Shown here piece by piece: positions 26,401-38,200 of a stretch of 64,000 nt of DNA. The translations under genes and the position numbers were made by a program. Numbering within the stretch: the first letter of the stretch is position 1; every line of letters starts with the position of its first letter. The notes below the pieces were generated by a model. The model made no database searches. It was not told where the DNA came from and worked only from the letters and a program-made list of their open reading frames with translations. The stretch lies in the NCBI GenBank assembly GCA_905178155.1, contig CAJINV010000006.1, positions 1,737,876-1,801,875 of the forward strand, read 5' to 3'. Source of the stretch: Amoebophrya sp. A120 (lineage: Eukaryota > Protista > Dinoflagellata).

Positions 26401-28602
26401 GGGAAAACAATGCGCGGCCCGGAAGGATGGGCAACAGCTAGGGGGCGCCAGAAAAGAAAACGCTAAGCGCAAGCAGTCCAGCTGTTCCTTTTTTCAGGTT
26501 CATTGCGCTACCCATCTGCTGGCATTTGCTCGTGGTCCAGCCCTTCCGCCCCTGTATCTGTGGCTGCGCCCGCACTGCTTCGCCAGACGCGGTATGCGTC
26601 AGCGAGAGTATGTTTTCGTATGGCAGAGGTCAAGAAAACAGAGAAAGCTCGTAGCAGTAAACAACGAAAAACGGACCAAAGGCCTGCGAATTTGGCGGGG
26701 TTTCGCTTCGAAGACAATCATTGCAATTTTCACGACTTAAAAATTGATGCAAAATAGTAGCGAGCAGGTTCACCATCGAAATGAGGAAAGTTGGAGGTTT
26801 GTCCCAGCATAGTTTTTTTTCCTTTGATGCCTGTGGGTGACCAGCAGTGGTGTGTTATCCTGAGCAAAAACGTCCCCACCTCATAGTCAAAGATGGGGAC
26901 CTTGCAACACAAACCTGATGAAAGTGTCGGGAGTCACGCATGACAAGTTGCAAGCCGTAGTGTATTGATACCGCAGGTTCTTAGCAAGGACAGTCGCGTT
27001 ACAAATCCATCTCCTCATGCTGATTCCAAAACACGATGGAAAATGGCTCTCAATCTCATGTTGTTGGGGATGCGCATTACAAATGTTTCTGCGATTGCAA
27101 ATTTGCATGACAACTACTCTGAGGTGGGGACGTTTATTTCACCCAGCATACGTGATGCCAGAGGACGAGCTGGAGGACTTGCAGCTACAACTGGACCAGC
27201 AGGGTAATATCATATTACTATCGATGTTTTTTTGTCATGCGTAAACATGCAATACAGACGGCATCTGTGATGCGGAAGCTGTATGCGTCGAGTGAAGATG
27301 ATGAAAAATCATGAAAATGATGTCCACGACCTCCTCCAGGTTGGTCCGTCTTATCCTATCACGCGCTGAACGAGCACGCTCTGGACCCTGTGCTGTCGCC
27401 AAACCTCTGCTCCCACGGGGCCACGGCCTTTGCGAAAATTAATCCCAGTATTTTGCTGCAGATCTTGGAGTATGCACTGCAAAAGCATCGCACTTACTAG
27501 TATGAATTGCATTACAAATTAGCCCAGCATGAAAAGCTGAATTTGTCATGCTGAATTACCTAAGAAACCAGATTTGTCATGGTAGTCTGGCATTTAATAT
27601 AAAAGTACGATGCTTTTGCGCAGGATATGGAGGAGCACAGTCAGGAACTGCAGATGTACAGAAACCTGTTTTATCACAGCTTGAAGGTATGAAATGCAAA
27701 AGTATGATCGTACTAGTAGTAGAAATCGCATTACAAATTTCCTCAGCATGATGAGAAATAAAATTTGTAATGCGGATTCACCTTAAGGTTATTTGTAATG
27801 CATGACTGCAATTGCTAAATCTAAACGAGTACGATACACTTTTGCAATCCATAAAAGGCCTTGAAGGACAACTTTGCGGACCCGAGTAACGCTGCGTTTA
27901 TCCAGTGCAAGAGCATCGTACTCGTAGTAATTGCAATTATGTATTACAAATCTCCATCCCAAGGTAGAACAGCATGAGAAATTCCTTTTGTCACGCGGTA
28001 AGGTAATTTCAATTTGTAATGCAATTACTACTAGTACGAAGCAGTTTTGCAATGCACCGCGTTTCGGGAGAAATTGAATTCCGACGAGGTATTATCCCAC
28101 GAAAAAACTGTTTCACTGTGGTGATTTTGCAAAATCTGCATCACAAGTTTGCTACGCATGACACTGAAAATCTGTCTGGGGGGTTCCTAAGGGAAAACAC
28201 AGCTAGAAATCACTTGTCTTGCATGTGTAGCATGACACACACTTCTGCGATCCATTTTCTGCATCACAAGTTCACAGTGAAACAGTTTTTTCTTGCGATA
28301 GGTATTGCGGCTGAAGACGTTACTGGAGGATTTCATCCTGACCGGTGGCAACCCTGGGCAGGTGCTGCACAACATCGACGGTACCATTTTGCTATCCTGT
28401 GCAGAGGTATTGCACTCGTATAAATGCAGGTCTTGCATTACAAATTTCTTTTTCAAGGAAAATCGGCATTACAAATTTAATTTCTCATGCTGAGAAAATT
28501 TGTAATGCATTTATACGAGTGCGATACTTATTTTGCAGGTCATATTTTCTGGAAGCGCAGATTCTGTTCAAGCTCTTGATTCCTTTGGTCGACGGGGTGT
28601 GA
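20466..28602 (+). CDS. Gene 4: hypothetical protein with ~20 introners and at least 2 canonical introns; the junction across 24780-26835 is unresolved
   Basis: Open frame from MLFPAPAASEDEPASKMPQLETLKHQLN.. through to ..YKYRDSATYLCAQIQQRALE (24778). It resumes at VTSSGV-L-PEDELEDLQLQLDQQ|GWSVLSYHALNE.. and runs to TGA 28602. GT-AG introns at 23535-23778 and 27204-27339. Could be two genes. Confidence 0.65.
24482..24733. mobile_element. Introner family H representative (TIR TATGGCGTTCTCAA)
   Basis: TSD TCGGC; another coding-region copy at 14206-14463. Confidence 0.9.
24979..26858. repeat. Triplicated 45-70 bp host segment separated by two unrelated inserts
   Basis: ..TTCCTTTGATRCCTRTGGGTGACCAGCAGTGGYGTGTTAT at 24979-25048, 26089-26158 and ~26813-26858. 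Confidence 0.88.
25392..25546. repeat. Near-perfect palindrome with 69-bp arms and a 17-nt centre, inside an array of AGTGAGAARTCASTGATTTCTCACT units (~25080-25670)
   Basis: Arm 25392-25460 is the reverse complement of 25478-25546 with one mismatch; the centre has a further CCGAA/TTCGG stem. Confidence 0.92.
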
Positions 28603-29637
28603 AAGACAAAGAGGAGAAGGAATGGAGCAGATCATTGTGGCAAAAAAAGATATATGGTGCGGTACCAGAGCATAAGCAGGAGCAGCTGGTGCAGCCTCCA
28701 TGAAGCTTCATGAATGAAATGAAACTACTATAATACTCTATTCTTGCAATAGTACTACACCCACGGGACATCAGATGAAATCTTGGATTTTGATATGAAA
28801 AAACTCTACTGCGCTACTTACGCGTCGTACACCAGCCTATGGAACGTCTCGGGGGTCAAAGAAAAATATAAGCGTTTCTTTCAACAAGACAATGACAAAT
28901 CTCAGACACAAGAACTACCTCGAAAATGAATGACATGTAGAAGATGAAGAGACGGTCTACTTCTTCGCAGAAGAAAGTTGTAGTTGCATAAGCGTTACAA
29001 GAGCTCCTCGTACGAAGAGGTTCTTCTTTGGTCTCGCGCAAATAAAGTATAAGATCAGCAACGAAGTGAAATTCACGCTCTAGAAGCAAGAGCCTGGTAT
29101 TGATCCCTCCAGCGCGGATCGTTAAATGAGCGGCCTGGATCTTGAGATGAACCAGTTATAATTGTATGACGATCTTCAAATTCAAAACGCAAAAATTCCA
29201 AAGTAGATGATCCTGATCGCGATGATTTTGGAGTTCAACTTAGCAATCGTTCCGACCGTGTGATGAATCTCATGCTAGGCTAGGGGCGAAACTCCGCCTT
29301 CATTGTGCGCAGGCAGTTGATGTCATGGTCATGCGTACGGCTACGGACGAACAAACGTATTTTCACCTCTAAATAAATTCAACAGGGAACAAGTTAGTCG
29401 AAGTCAGTACAACGCAGTTCATGCATTCTGATCTTTTGTCAGAACTGTTGTAATTTCTTGTGTGTCCTCTTCTATAATTTTTCCTCAAGGTAGTCGTAGT
29501 TCGTCGTAAATTTATTCACGCGCGATTTCTACACTTCCTCATCCCGAGAATAAAGTCAACAACTCGTGCCTATTTAAGACCACAAATAATACTTACCTCC
29601 TTCCACCACCAGACTTTGACTTGTCAGACACATCAAA

Positions 29638-31490
29638 ATGGCGAAGTCAATTCGTTCCAAGATCAAGAAGAGGCTCCGCACCGTGAAGAGGCAGCGGGTG
29701 GATAAAATGGTCGATACCCCGAGGAGAGAAGCTTGCAACAACTCGCTGACGAAGCTGATTAAGGGCGAGGTATTAATACTTATTGCGATCATGCATTACA
29801 AATGTAGCTGCTAAGGCAAACCCGCATTAGAAATTCAGTCTGTAATGCTGAGCCAACTTGTATTGCGTTTTACACCAGTGCGATCCTTGTTGTTTTGTAA
29901 TTCATAGAGCAATGAAGCTTGTAACAACTCGCTAACGAAGTTGATTAAGGACGAGACATGAAGGATTTTTGTATGACGATGAAGCGGTGTTTATTTTTTG
30001 CTGTAGCCAACATCCTGCTCCTGCAGCATCAAACAACAAGGAGCGTCGAGAACACCAGAACACCTCAAACAACACATCACGCGGTGTTGGTTTCCGACAT
30101 GCAGCTTGCATCAGTTCTCAAAGGCGTCGCTTCATCAGTTTTTGCATCACAAAAGCTTGCTCTTGTGTAGCTTTAGGTTTAGGTTTCTGTAGCATTACAA
30201 ATTTCAATTTTTCTTTCCAATCAGGTCACCCGACACAAGCAAGTAAAGAACGCGTTTCTTCACCCAAACGACCCAGAGGCCGAGATTCCGCAGAAAAGCG
30301 TGAAAAAACCGATCGACTTCCGATCAGAAACGCTGCCGATGGTACTGAATTCTTTCACTTGATAACATACATGCTGGTTCAGTGTTGTTCGATTTTTTTT
30401 TTTTCGTCTTCAACAAACACACTTCATGCATCCTGTTCAGCAACATGCTACCTGCTGTGTAAAATTTTTTACATGCTTTGCATGACATGACATGACATGA
30501 CATGACATGACGAAGTTGTCGTAGAGGCCTAGATCGTTCTTGCGCAGCAGTTGTACTAGCATGACAAATGAAATAAAAACCACAGTCCGGCTTCGCCACT
30601 AATATGAACTGCAAAACAAAGTATCGTACTCGTATAAATGCATTACAAATTTCCTTAGCATGAGAAATAAAATTTGTAATGCTGATTTGCCTTGATAAAG
30701 AAATTTGTAATGCAAGACCTGCATTTATACGAGTGCGATACTTTTGCACAGCATAACTAAGGGTAACCGACGAAAGTACACGGAGGAAGAGCGGAAAGAA
30801 TTGCAAAAACTCGCGAAATATGCATTGCAAATATGACTGGGTCTGGAAGGATGCAAGGTTTGTCATGCTAGTCTGGCGTGACTCTGAATTCTGTATTGCG
30901 TGGCCACAAACTACAGCCTCTCTCGCGTGTCATGCAAATACAACGCAGTTTCTCATGCAGAATACGCAGCACAGAAGCACGAAAAAACTTGTCATGCAGC
31001 TTGGTGGCGCATAATTATACCACTTATTCTTGACTGCCTTGCATTACAAGTTTCCAGACCCAGACATTTTTGCATTTGATACGAAATCCCACCCCGAGGA
31101 GAAGATACTCGCGGGCAGGGGCAAACTTGCGTACGAGTCCTGCAAGGTCGGTCAGGATAGTGCGAAACAAGTCGCTGCTGTTCTATCCTGTGCAAAAGTA
31201 TCGTACTCGTATTGCAATCATGCATTACAAATTTTTTTCTTATAGGTAAATCCGCATTACAAATTTTGTTTCTCATGCTGAGGAAATTTGTCATGCGATT
31301 TATACTAGTACGATGCTTTTGAATTTCATATCTTCAGGAGAATAACGATTCCGAAGAGGACGCAGAAATGGAAGAGTCTGGAGAACAAGAAGCGAAGAAA
31401 GACGACGTGGATACAAAGCGCAAACCGGAACTGCCGAAGAAAAAAAAGAACGCCAGGAGTCGGGTACAGAAGTTCCGGCAGAAGAAGTGA
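29638..31490 (+). CDS. Gene 5: small basic protein, LLPH (Laps)/YBL028C-like 60S ribosome biogenesis factor
   Basis: Exons 29638-29769 (MAKSIRSKIKKRLRTVKRQRVDKMVD..), 30225-30341 (..KNAFLHPNDPEAEIPQKSVKKPIDFRSETLPM) and 30586-30602, then onward SGFATKGNRRKYTEEERKELQK.. to TGA 31490. It has 2 GT-AG introns and 3 introners (30603, ~30819, ~31184). The MAKSxRSK basic N-terminus is the hallmark of that family; recognised from memory, no search run. Confidence 0.7.
29770..30224 (+). other. Canonical GT-AG intron whose first 137 nt are a left-truncated family A introner
   Basis: GTATTAATACTTATTGCGATCATGCATTACAAAT.. aligns to family A from its internal GTAT to ..TTCATA (29906); acceptor CCAATCAG at 30224; phase-0 join KGE|VTRHK. 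Confidence 0.75.
30481..30510. repeat. (CATGA)6 microsatellite in canonical intron 30342-30585
   Basis: Directly visible. Confidence 0.95.
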
Positions 31491-32446
31491 TAGTTTACTT
31501 CGGGTGAGGATTATTTCGTTATTGAAAATCGCTTTTATTATTCGCGATGATCGCGAGGCATTTGCATTTCGCTTTCCCTTTTCCTTTGTGCCTCATTGGC
31601 GGGCGCGGGTTGGGAGAAGGAGATGATGGCGGCCTCATATTAACATGCAACTACATCAAACTATCTAAAGATGCTCTGATGATGAAAGAATAGAAAACCT
31701 GTTTGGCCCTGGCGTCAGAGGCAAGCATTGGTGTTTGTGAGCAAGGTTTCGTGTTTGTTGTTGATCAGATGGCGCCCAGAGGCTTGCTCTGACTCCACTT
31801 TGTCAGCCGCGTAGATCGTATCGAATACGATGTGTTGTTGAAGACAAATATGAAATTTACAAAAAAGTCGGTCCACGTCGACATGATCCAGCAGATCGTG
31901 CAAAGCTGGTATAGTACTTCGTGCAAATTATACAGCTAGATCGTGCAGCAGCCTTTCGTGCGACGTCTAAGTTGTACAAAACTTTCGTCCTGTTACACGA
32001 CCTTTCGCAGTCCTAGTTTCAGTCTCGGTTCTTGTTCCTGTACAATCGTGACAGAGAAAACTCGTCGCTCGGTTCTTGCTTTTGCTCGTTCAGTCACGAA
32101 AATCTGCTTGAGGCGGTTGTATTAAAAGGATATGCTTGTCGTCATAATTCGTGAAGCATTTATCTCTAGGCTCTTTTTGATTTGGGTTTTAAATGATGAC
32201 AGCGCACCTCACGCTCACCCCATTTCATTCTTCCACCCCGTATCAAGTACTTATTTCAACATCGCTGGTGCTGTAGGTCCTGTTGCACTCTTGATGATGA
32301 AGCCCTCCAACTAATGTGGTACGACGACGTCGTCGCAACTATCGAGTTGCAATTCTTCCTTGTTCCAGTCTAGTAGTCTCGCATTCAATACTAGAAGCCA
32401 GCGTATTTCCACGACCACGACCTTATTCCAGCCTGATAAAAATAAA

Positions 32447-35400
32447 ATGGCCTCGCCCACCCCAACAACCCCGGCCGCGCGGCCCAGAACATTCGGAGCG
32501 TCGAAAAGCGGCAGCCTGAAGATCTTGACAGAGGAGAACGACAAGAAGGATAATACCGTGCAGCCGGTTCTTATTTCCGAGGACCAACTGCCTGCCACAA
32601 CGGCCCTCGACCGCCAAAGTTCTTCCAAGAGTTCCACCAAGTCCGCTCCGTTCATGCCCCCGGACAGTCCCTATCCTGTGCAAAAGTATCGCACTCGTAT
32701 TGCAGTCATGCATTACAGATCGGTTTCTTAAGGTAGAGCCGCATTACGAATTTTATTTCTCATGACGAGGAAATTTGTAATGCATTTGTACGAGTGCGAT
32801 ACTTTTGCAATGCATAGTCCCCCTGGTTACTCAATCCTGGCGTCCTTGAGTAAAGAAAGCATTGCCACGCCGGGCTCTACTAGGAGTACTCCTGCTGGTG
32901 CTGCGCGCCGGGGGCTGCTGGTGCCCAGGTCTACTAGTCCGAATGATACAGCCAGTGTGAAAAGAACTAGAGAAGTAGTAGAGCGTATGAATTGCAAAAG
33001 TATCGTAGTCGTATAAATGCATTACAAATTTCCTCAGTATGACAGATAAAATTTGTAGTGCGGATTTACCTTAAGAAAAAGATTTGTAATGCATGACTGC
33101 AATACGAGTACGATACTTTTGCACAGGATAGAGCGTCTCTCTTCAGATCCAGCCTACGATCCCCAAAGCCCGGTCGCGCGAGCGGCTGCCGCGCGGCAAA
33201 AACGACAACGCGCTGGTGCACCTCCTGCGGACGTCGATGCTGTTGTTGAACTTGAAAGTGATGATATAATACGAGGCGGCTCTACAACTGGTGCCGCCTC
33301 TCCTGCTCCCACCAGCACAACTGGAGGAGGTGTTGGAACAAGAAAAATAGCCGAGAAGAACCCAGCTGCTGCTCCCGGTCCCGACTCCGAGAAGGAGATG
33401 AACAAGGCCAAGAAGCTGACGAAAGTGGAGCAGAACTCTGGCGGCCCAAGTGCTTCTTCTACCGATCATACGACAAGAGCGCCGGCTCCTTCAACAAGCC
33501 GAAGCCCCGCCGCCGCGGGGCAAGAAGAACAACTCTCCCCCTTGAGCAAAGCCGCGAAGGGGCTGGTACAGGGTCTATTGGGTGAAGAAGTGCACATGGC
33601 AAGGACGGCAGGCGGGGCCGGTGGAGGCGCAGTGCTAACTACTTCTTCCGGGGTCGATTTTGCCGATAAAGCGATTAATGAAAACCAAAGTGGACAAACC
33701 AGTCCTACTGCTGGCAAAAGCGCTATCCCACAACTCTCGCCAAATCAAGTTGTGCATGACGCGGCTCTTCAAGTAGACGACCTCGTCCCGCCGGAAGATG
33801 CACAGGGTGCTGTTGTAGTGCCCTCGTTTTCTACTACCTTGGGCTCCACTGCGAGAAGCCCAGCACGAGGACCTCCGAGTTCCGACTTTGCCGCACGAGA
33901 ACCTCCGGTAGCAAAGGTGGACAAGGGGGGAAAGAAAATAGCGGACAATTATCGACAGAGAAATGAAAATGAAGAAGAAAAAACTCTGCAACGCATCCTC
34001 CACTCAGCCCCGCCTGTGACCACCTATAAATCTTCCGCTCTAGTCCAGCAGGTGGAAAAAGAGTTGGATCACTTGAGAAGGCAGACGGAAGAGCTCAACA
34101 AGATGGAATTTATCCGGCAGAAGGCGGTGAAGGCACAGCAGGACTTCACCGTGGATTCTATCCGGTGCAAAAGTATCGTACTCGTAGAAGTAATCGCAGG
34201 TATGCATTACAAATCTCTTTCTGAGGCTAAATCAGCACTACAAATTCAATTTGTAGTAATGCTGCGCTAATTTGTAATGCATTCATACGAGTACGATGCT
34301 TTAGCTTTTGCAATGCATAGATTCTTTGAGGAAGCAAATTTTTCAGCTGCAGTTCGCTAAGGACCAAGAGTATCAAAAATTGCACCACAAAGTGGCGTAT
34401 CGGGTGATAAACACTTTGTTGAATACCGCCGAAAGCGGCCTGGAACAGCTGAACCAGGGGTACGATGGAGACCTTCTTGGCGGCGGGATAACGCCCAGTG
34501 CAGTAGGTCCGACCCGTGCGTCGCCAATAAACCACTATTTCGGGGACACCACGTCGACGCCTGAAATATTAAGCGATAGACCACCTGCTCCGCGAACAAG
34601 TAGATCTCGCTCACCTCCGCAGGATCATCGGCTCAACATTACGAGGACCACGTCGAGCGCGACGAGACAGAATAATTTGAAAGCAGACACGACACAGGCT
34701 CCTGTTCCAGCAGCAGCTGACCCCAGTTTATTAGTCGTGCCTGGACGAATCGTGAACACGAACCGCCCGTCCAGTCCGAGCAAGTGGCAGGATGAAGTGT
34801 TGCTGAGTTTGAGTAGTGAGGAGTATCACCATGGGACAAGAACCAATGACAACATCACAACACAGGCGAGAGGGACTACACAAGGTGAGCAAAGAAAGTT
34901 TGTTGCTCCGCGAGGTGGACCACGTAGTACAGGGAGGCAAAATGACAAAAAATTCGAGCAACCCACCACCGCGGAACGCTTATGGTTGGAAAGTTTGCGA
35001 CGGAGGGAAAACATGCGGGCACCAGAAGTCATCATGCCCCCGACCGACGATAGTCGTGCAGCTCGTGTAGGCCAACTTTCGCCTCGTCTTATTTCAAGAG
35101 CTGCAACCAGATCGCGATCGAACACGGTCGCACATCAACCAGGAGTGACAGAAATAAAGAACAGACCACGACCACTGTCTTCTGCACCTCGTCCGCTTTC
35201 GACGCAGCACGAAGATGCTCCTCGTCGGGTGTGGCCTCTCGTGCCCCTAGAAATTCCGCCAACGGCAGCAGCTACACCAGCTGCAATGGGTTTGGGTCCA
35301 CCGCCCCTTAGAAATATTAACAAGCGCAGGAGTCGCTCCTTGTCACCGCGGATGAACAATACAACTCAGCCTGTTTTCGATCCATATGCAGTGCAAAAGT

Positions 35401-37075
35401 ATCGTACTTACTAGTATAAATGGCTATGGCATGACAAATTTCCTGAGCATGAGAGAGAAAATGCATGACTGCGATTACTTACTTCTACTAGTACGATACT
35501 TTTGCACGGGATAATCCAGTCGTGAAGCCCAAGCCGCTGATTGACGTGAAAGCCGAGGCCGCACGGATGTTGACACCGCTTCCGCCTGCATCGTTCTCCC
35601 GCGGGTTCTTTAAAAGTGGCTCGAAAAGTGCTCGATCCGTATCCGCGAAAAGCTCGAAGAAAACCAGTTCTGCTGCTGGCAAGGCGAAGAGTTGTGTAGG
35701 ACCAGCAGCAGCCACAACGACTGCACCGCAAAACGCTTCGAAGCAGAGCGTGCCGGAAGAATTGATCGGCACGGGGCACGTGGCGGAGTGGAATGAGAAA
35801 ACCCAGGCGTTCCAGTTTTCCGAAGTGGTGGTATCGACGTACCCAACAACAACAACAACATCTCCGCCTGTTCTTGCGCCCAAAACCGACACGACGACTT
35901 CTAATGTTGACAATAGTACCACGACGACGACAGCAGCAGGGAAGCAAGAAATAAGAAAGCCAGCAGCTGGTGTAAAAAAAGCCGTGTCAAATACAACCTC
36001 TATTAGTAGACCTGTAGTATTTGCCCCGGTCCCGCGGGCTTTTTCCCGAAGATCCCGCATCATGAAGAGTCCACCGAGTAGCATGATCTCCCGGGCAGAC
36101 GTAAAGGTGGTACCGGCGGCGCTGCTCCAGAAAGAGCAGGAAATCATCATGAAAGAGCAGACAGCAGACCGCGATGGAGAGGAACTACAGCTTCTGCAGC
36201 AGGGAGAGGACTTTTTGGGGGAGAAACTTGTCATGCACGACGCCGAACAGGATGGTGGAGATGGACCACCGAGATCAAATGGCGCAACAAATATTTTTAA
36301 GCGGACTACTACTTCGAGCCGACATTTCGTTTCGCTCGACACTGATACTGCGCAGATTGAAGATCTCGATTTGTTGGACAAAGTGCACATCTCCGAGCAC
36401 CGGCCGTCAAAGACGTTGTTAGACAGGTTGGAGATAACGGTCTCGAAAAGTAGTGGAGGAAAAATCGAGGACAATGGGACGTCTCGACCGACGGGCGGCA
36501 ATGAAGGAAAAGCCAAAAGAAATGGAATTACTGTTGCGAGTAGTTCTCAGACCACAAAGAAGCCACAGAACAAGCCCGAAGAGCTGCATCAAGTAGATGC
36601 AGCAAGAAATATGAAGAAACTCGCCCGAAGAATTATATCAACCACTCCATCGCCCTACCACAGCATGGTAGTCCAGGCACACATATGAAATGCAAAAGCA
36701 TCGTACTCGTATAAATGCATGACAAATTCCCTCAGCATGAGAAAAAAAAATTGTAATGCGGATTTACCTTGAGAAAAAAATTTGTAATGCATGACTGCAG
36801 TACAAGTGCGATACTTTTGCACAGGATACCACAACGCGAACCAGCTTTGCTATGTGGAAACCCTGCAGAAGCTCCCGTCTGGGAAATGTCTGACGCCGGC
36901 GAAAGACAAGTTGGAACAAAAACTGCTGGAAAAAAAGAGAAACGAACACTTTCCAAAAGGCCGGTCGAGCTTTGGGTCGTTGCTGACCTTTCCTAGGTGG
37001 AATTGTCCGGAAGTGGATGACTCGTTGAAAAAGTTGTTACGGAGTCTGAAAACGAAAACAGCGATGAATCAATGA
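32447..37075 (+). CDS. Gene 6: large low-complexity (S/T/P/A-rich, probably disordered) protein with 5 family A introners
   Basis: ATG 32447 (MASPTPTTPAARP). ORFs 33089-34270, 34308-35414, 35522-36688 and 36791-37075 join in frame after removing elements at 32672, 32986, ~34159, ~35385 and ~36683 (TSDs GTCCC, GAGCG, GATTC, ATCCA, ACACA/CCACA). Confidence 0.85.
32672..33130. mobile_element. Two adjacent family A introners (most abundant family, about 140-190 bp; TIR TAT-N5-GCAAAAGTATCGTACTCGTA) in opposite orientations
   Basis: 32672-32816 starts TATCCTGTGCAAAAG; 32986-33130 ends CTTTTGCACAGGATA. Both are 145 bp with perfect TSDs. Confidence 0.93.
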
Positions 37076-38200
37076 GGATGGATTATATATTTCTTCCGTG
37101 GATACAAGTCAAGCCTTCTCAGTAACAGTAAGTATCTCGGTTTAATATTTTCATCACCCTCGTCATCGTCAGTCCTTTATTTCCAGCATCGAGTTGTTGT
37201 ATCATAGTGCCAGCAACTAGCTCGGGGTCCTCATTCGGACTTTGTAGATTCGGTTTCGTTTCAGAGAAGTTTCTAAGTTGATGATGTCTACGCAATTGGA
37301 CAACAAGTGTAGTTTATTTGCTCTCCTACTCCTGTGTTTAAATCTATTGTTATCATTTCGATGTGATCGCGCCATCGTAGTACGATGGCAGTGACGTCTT
37401 TTGATGTCGTTCCTATTTCATTTTGAAAATCCCTTTCTCGACGAAAAACTGCTTGCAACACCGCGATAGCGTGATTTGTGTCTCGACCGTTCTTGACTTC
37501 GCTGGTGCCGTGAAAGAAAGCCAATCAATCGCATTTTCTATTTTGAAGCCCAACAAGCCCATAAAAATTGTTGAGGCCGTGTTCTTCGCAGCTGGACTAT
37601 AGAAATCCGTAGGTTATTAAAAGTGTCATCACTCGCGTATGTCGTATGAATGCGTGGACGTCGTTGTTGAGGAATTGTTGTGCAAAAGTGCTGGAAAAAA
37701 TGCTCACGTTGACGGCAATCAAATGTGAAATTCAATGTGGAGAAGTTTCAGTGAGAGAGCATATCGCAAAGCGGCTAGACTCGCTCTCGCACTCGATCTC
37801 GAAGAGCACCAGAGATTTTCAAACGAGACTGCAGAAGATGCGCTACAACAACTGTGCGGTAATTTTGTATGAGGAAACCGTATGCTAAGTCGTGCTGGAC
37901 GGAGCTGCAGGCACCTCATCAACCACTCAGACTAGTCGAGAAACCCACCAGTGCCTCTTCCAACAAGATGGGGCCGGGCGCAGAAGTGGAATTATGTAAT
38001 CTTTTCGTAGAGACATTATAGAGCTTTGTTTGATTGAAAATGACGTCGATGTTGTCGATGCGAGCCTTATATATAATTAAGATCACCGGCAGCGAAAGCT
38101 CCTGCAAGGTGATGAAGATGACCACATCTTCAAAGTGACAGTTTGAATCCGGACGACGAGAGGTCTACTTCCAGCAGCCAACATTTGCAACATCTTCAAG

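Noticed and set aside
35488-36516. 342-aa minus-strand ORF (also 57734-58564 minus and 57679-58518 plus)
   Set aside because: Shadow frames of long real exons; the chosen + frames are the ones that join across element junctions.
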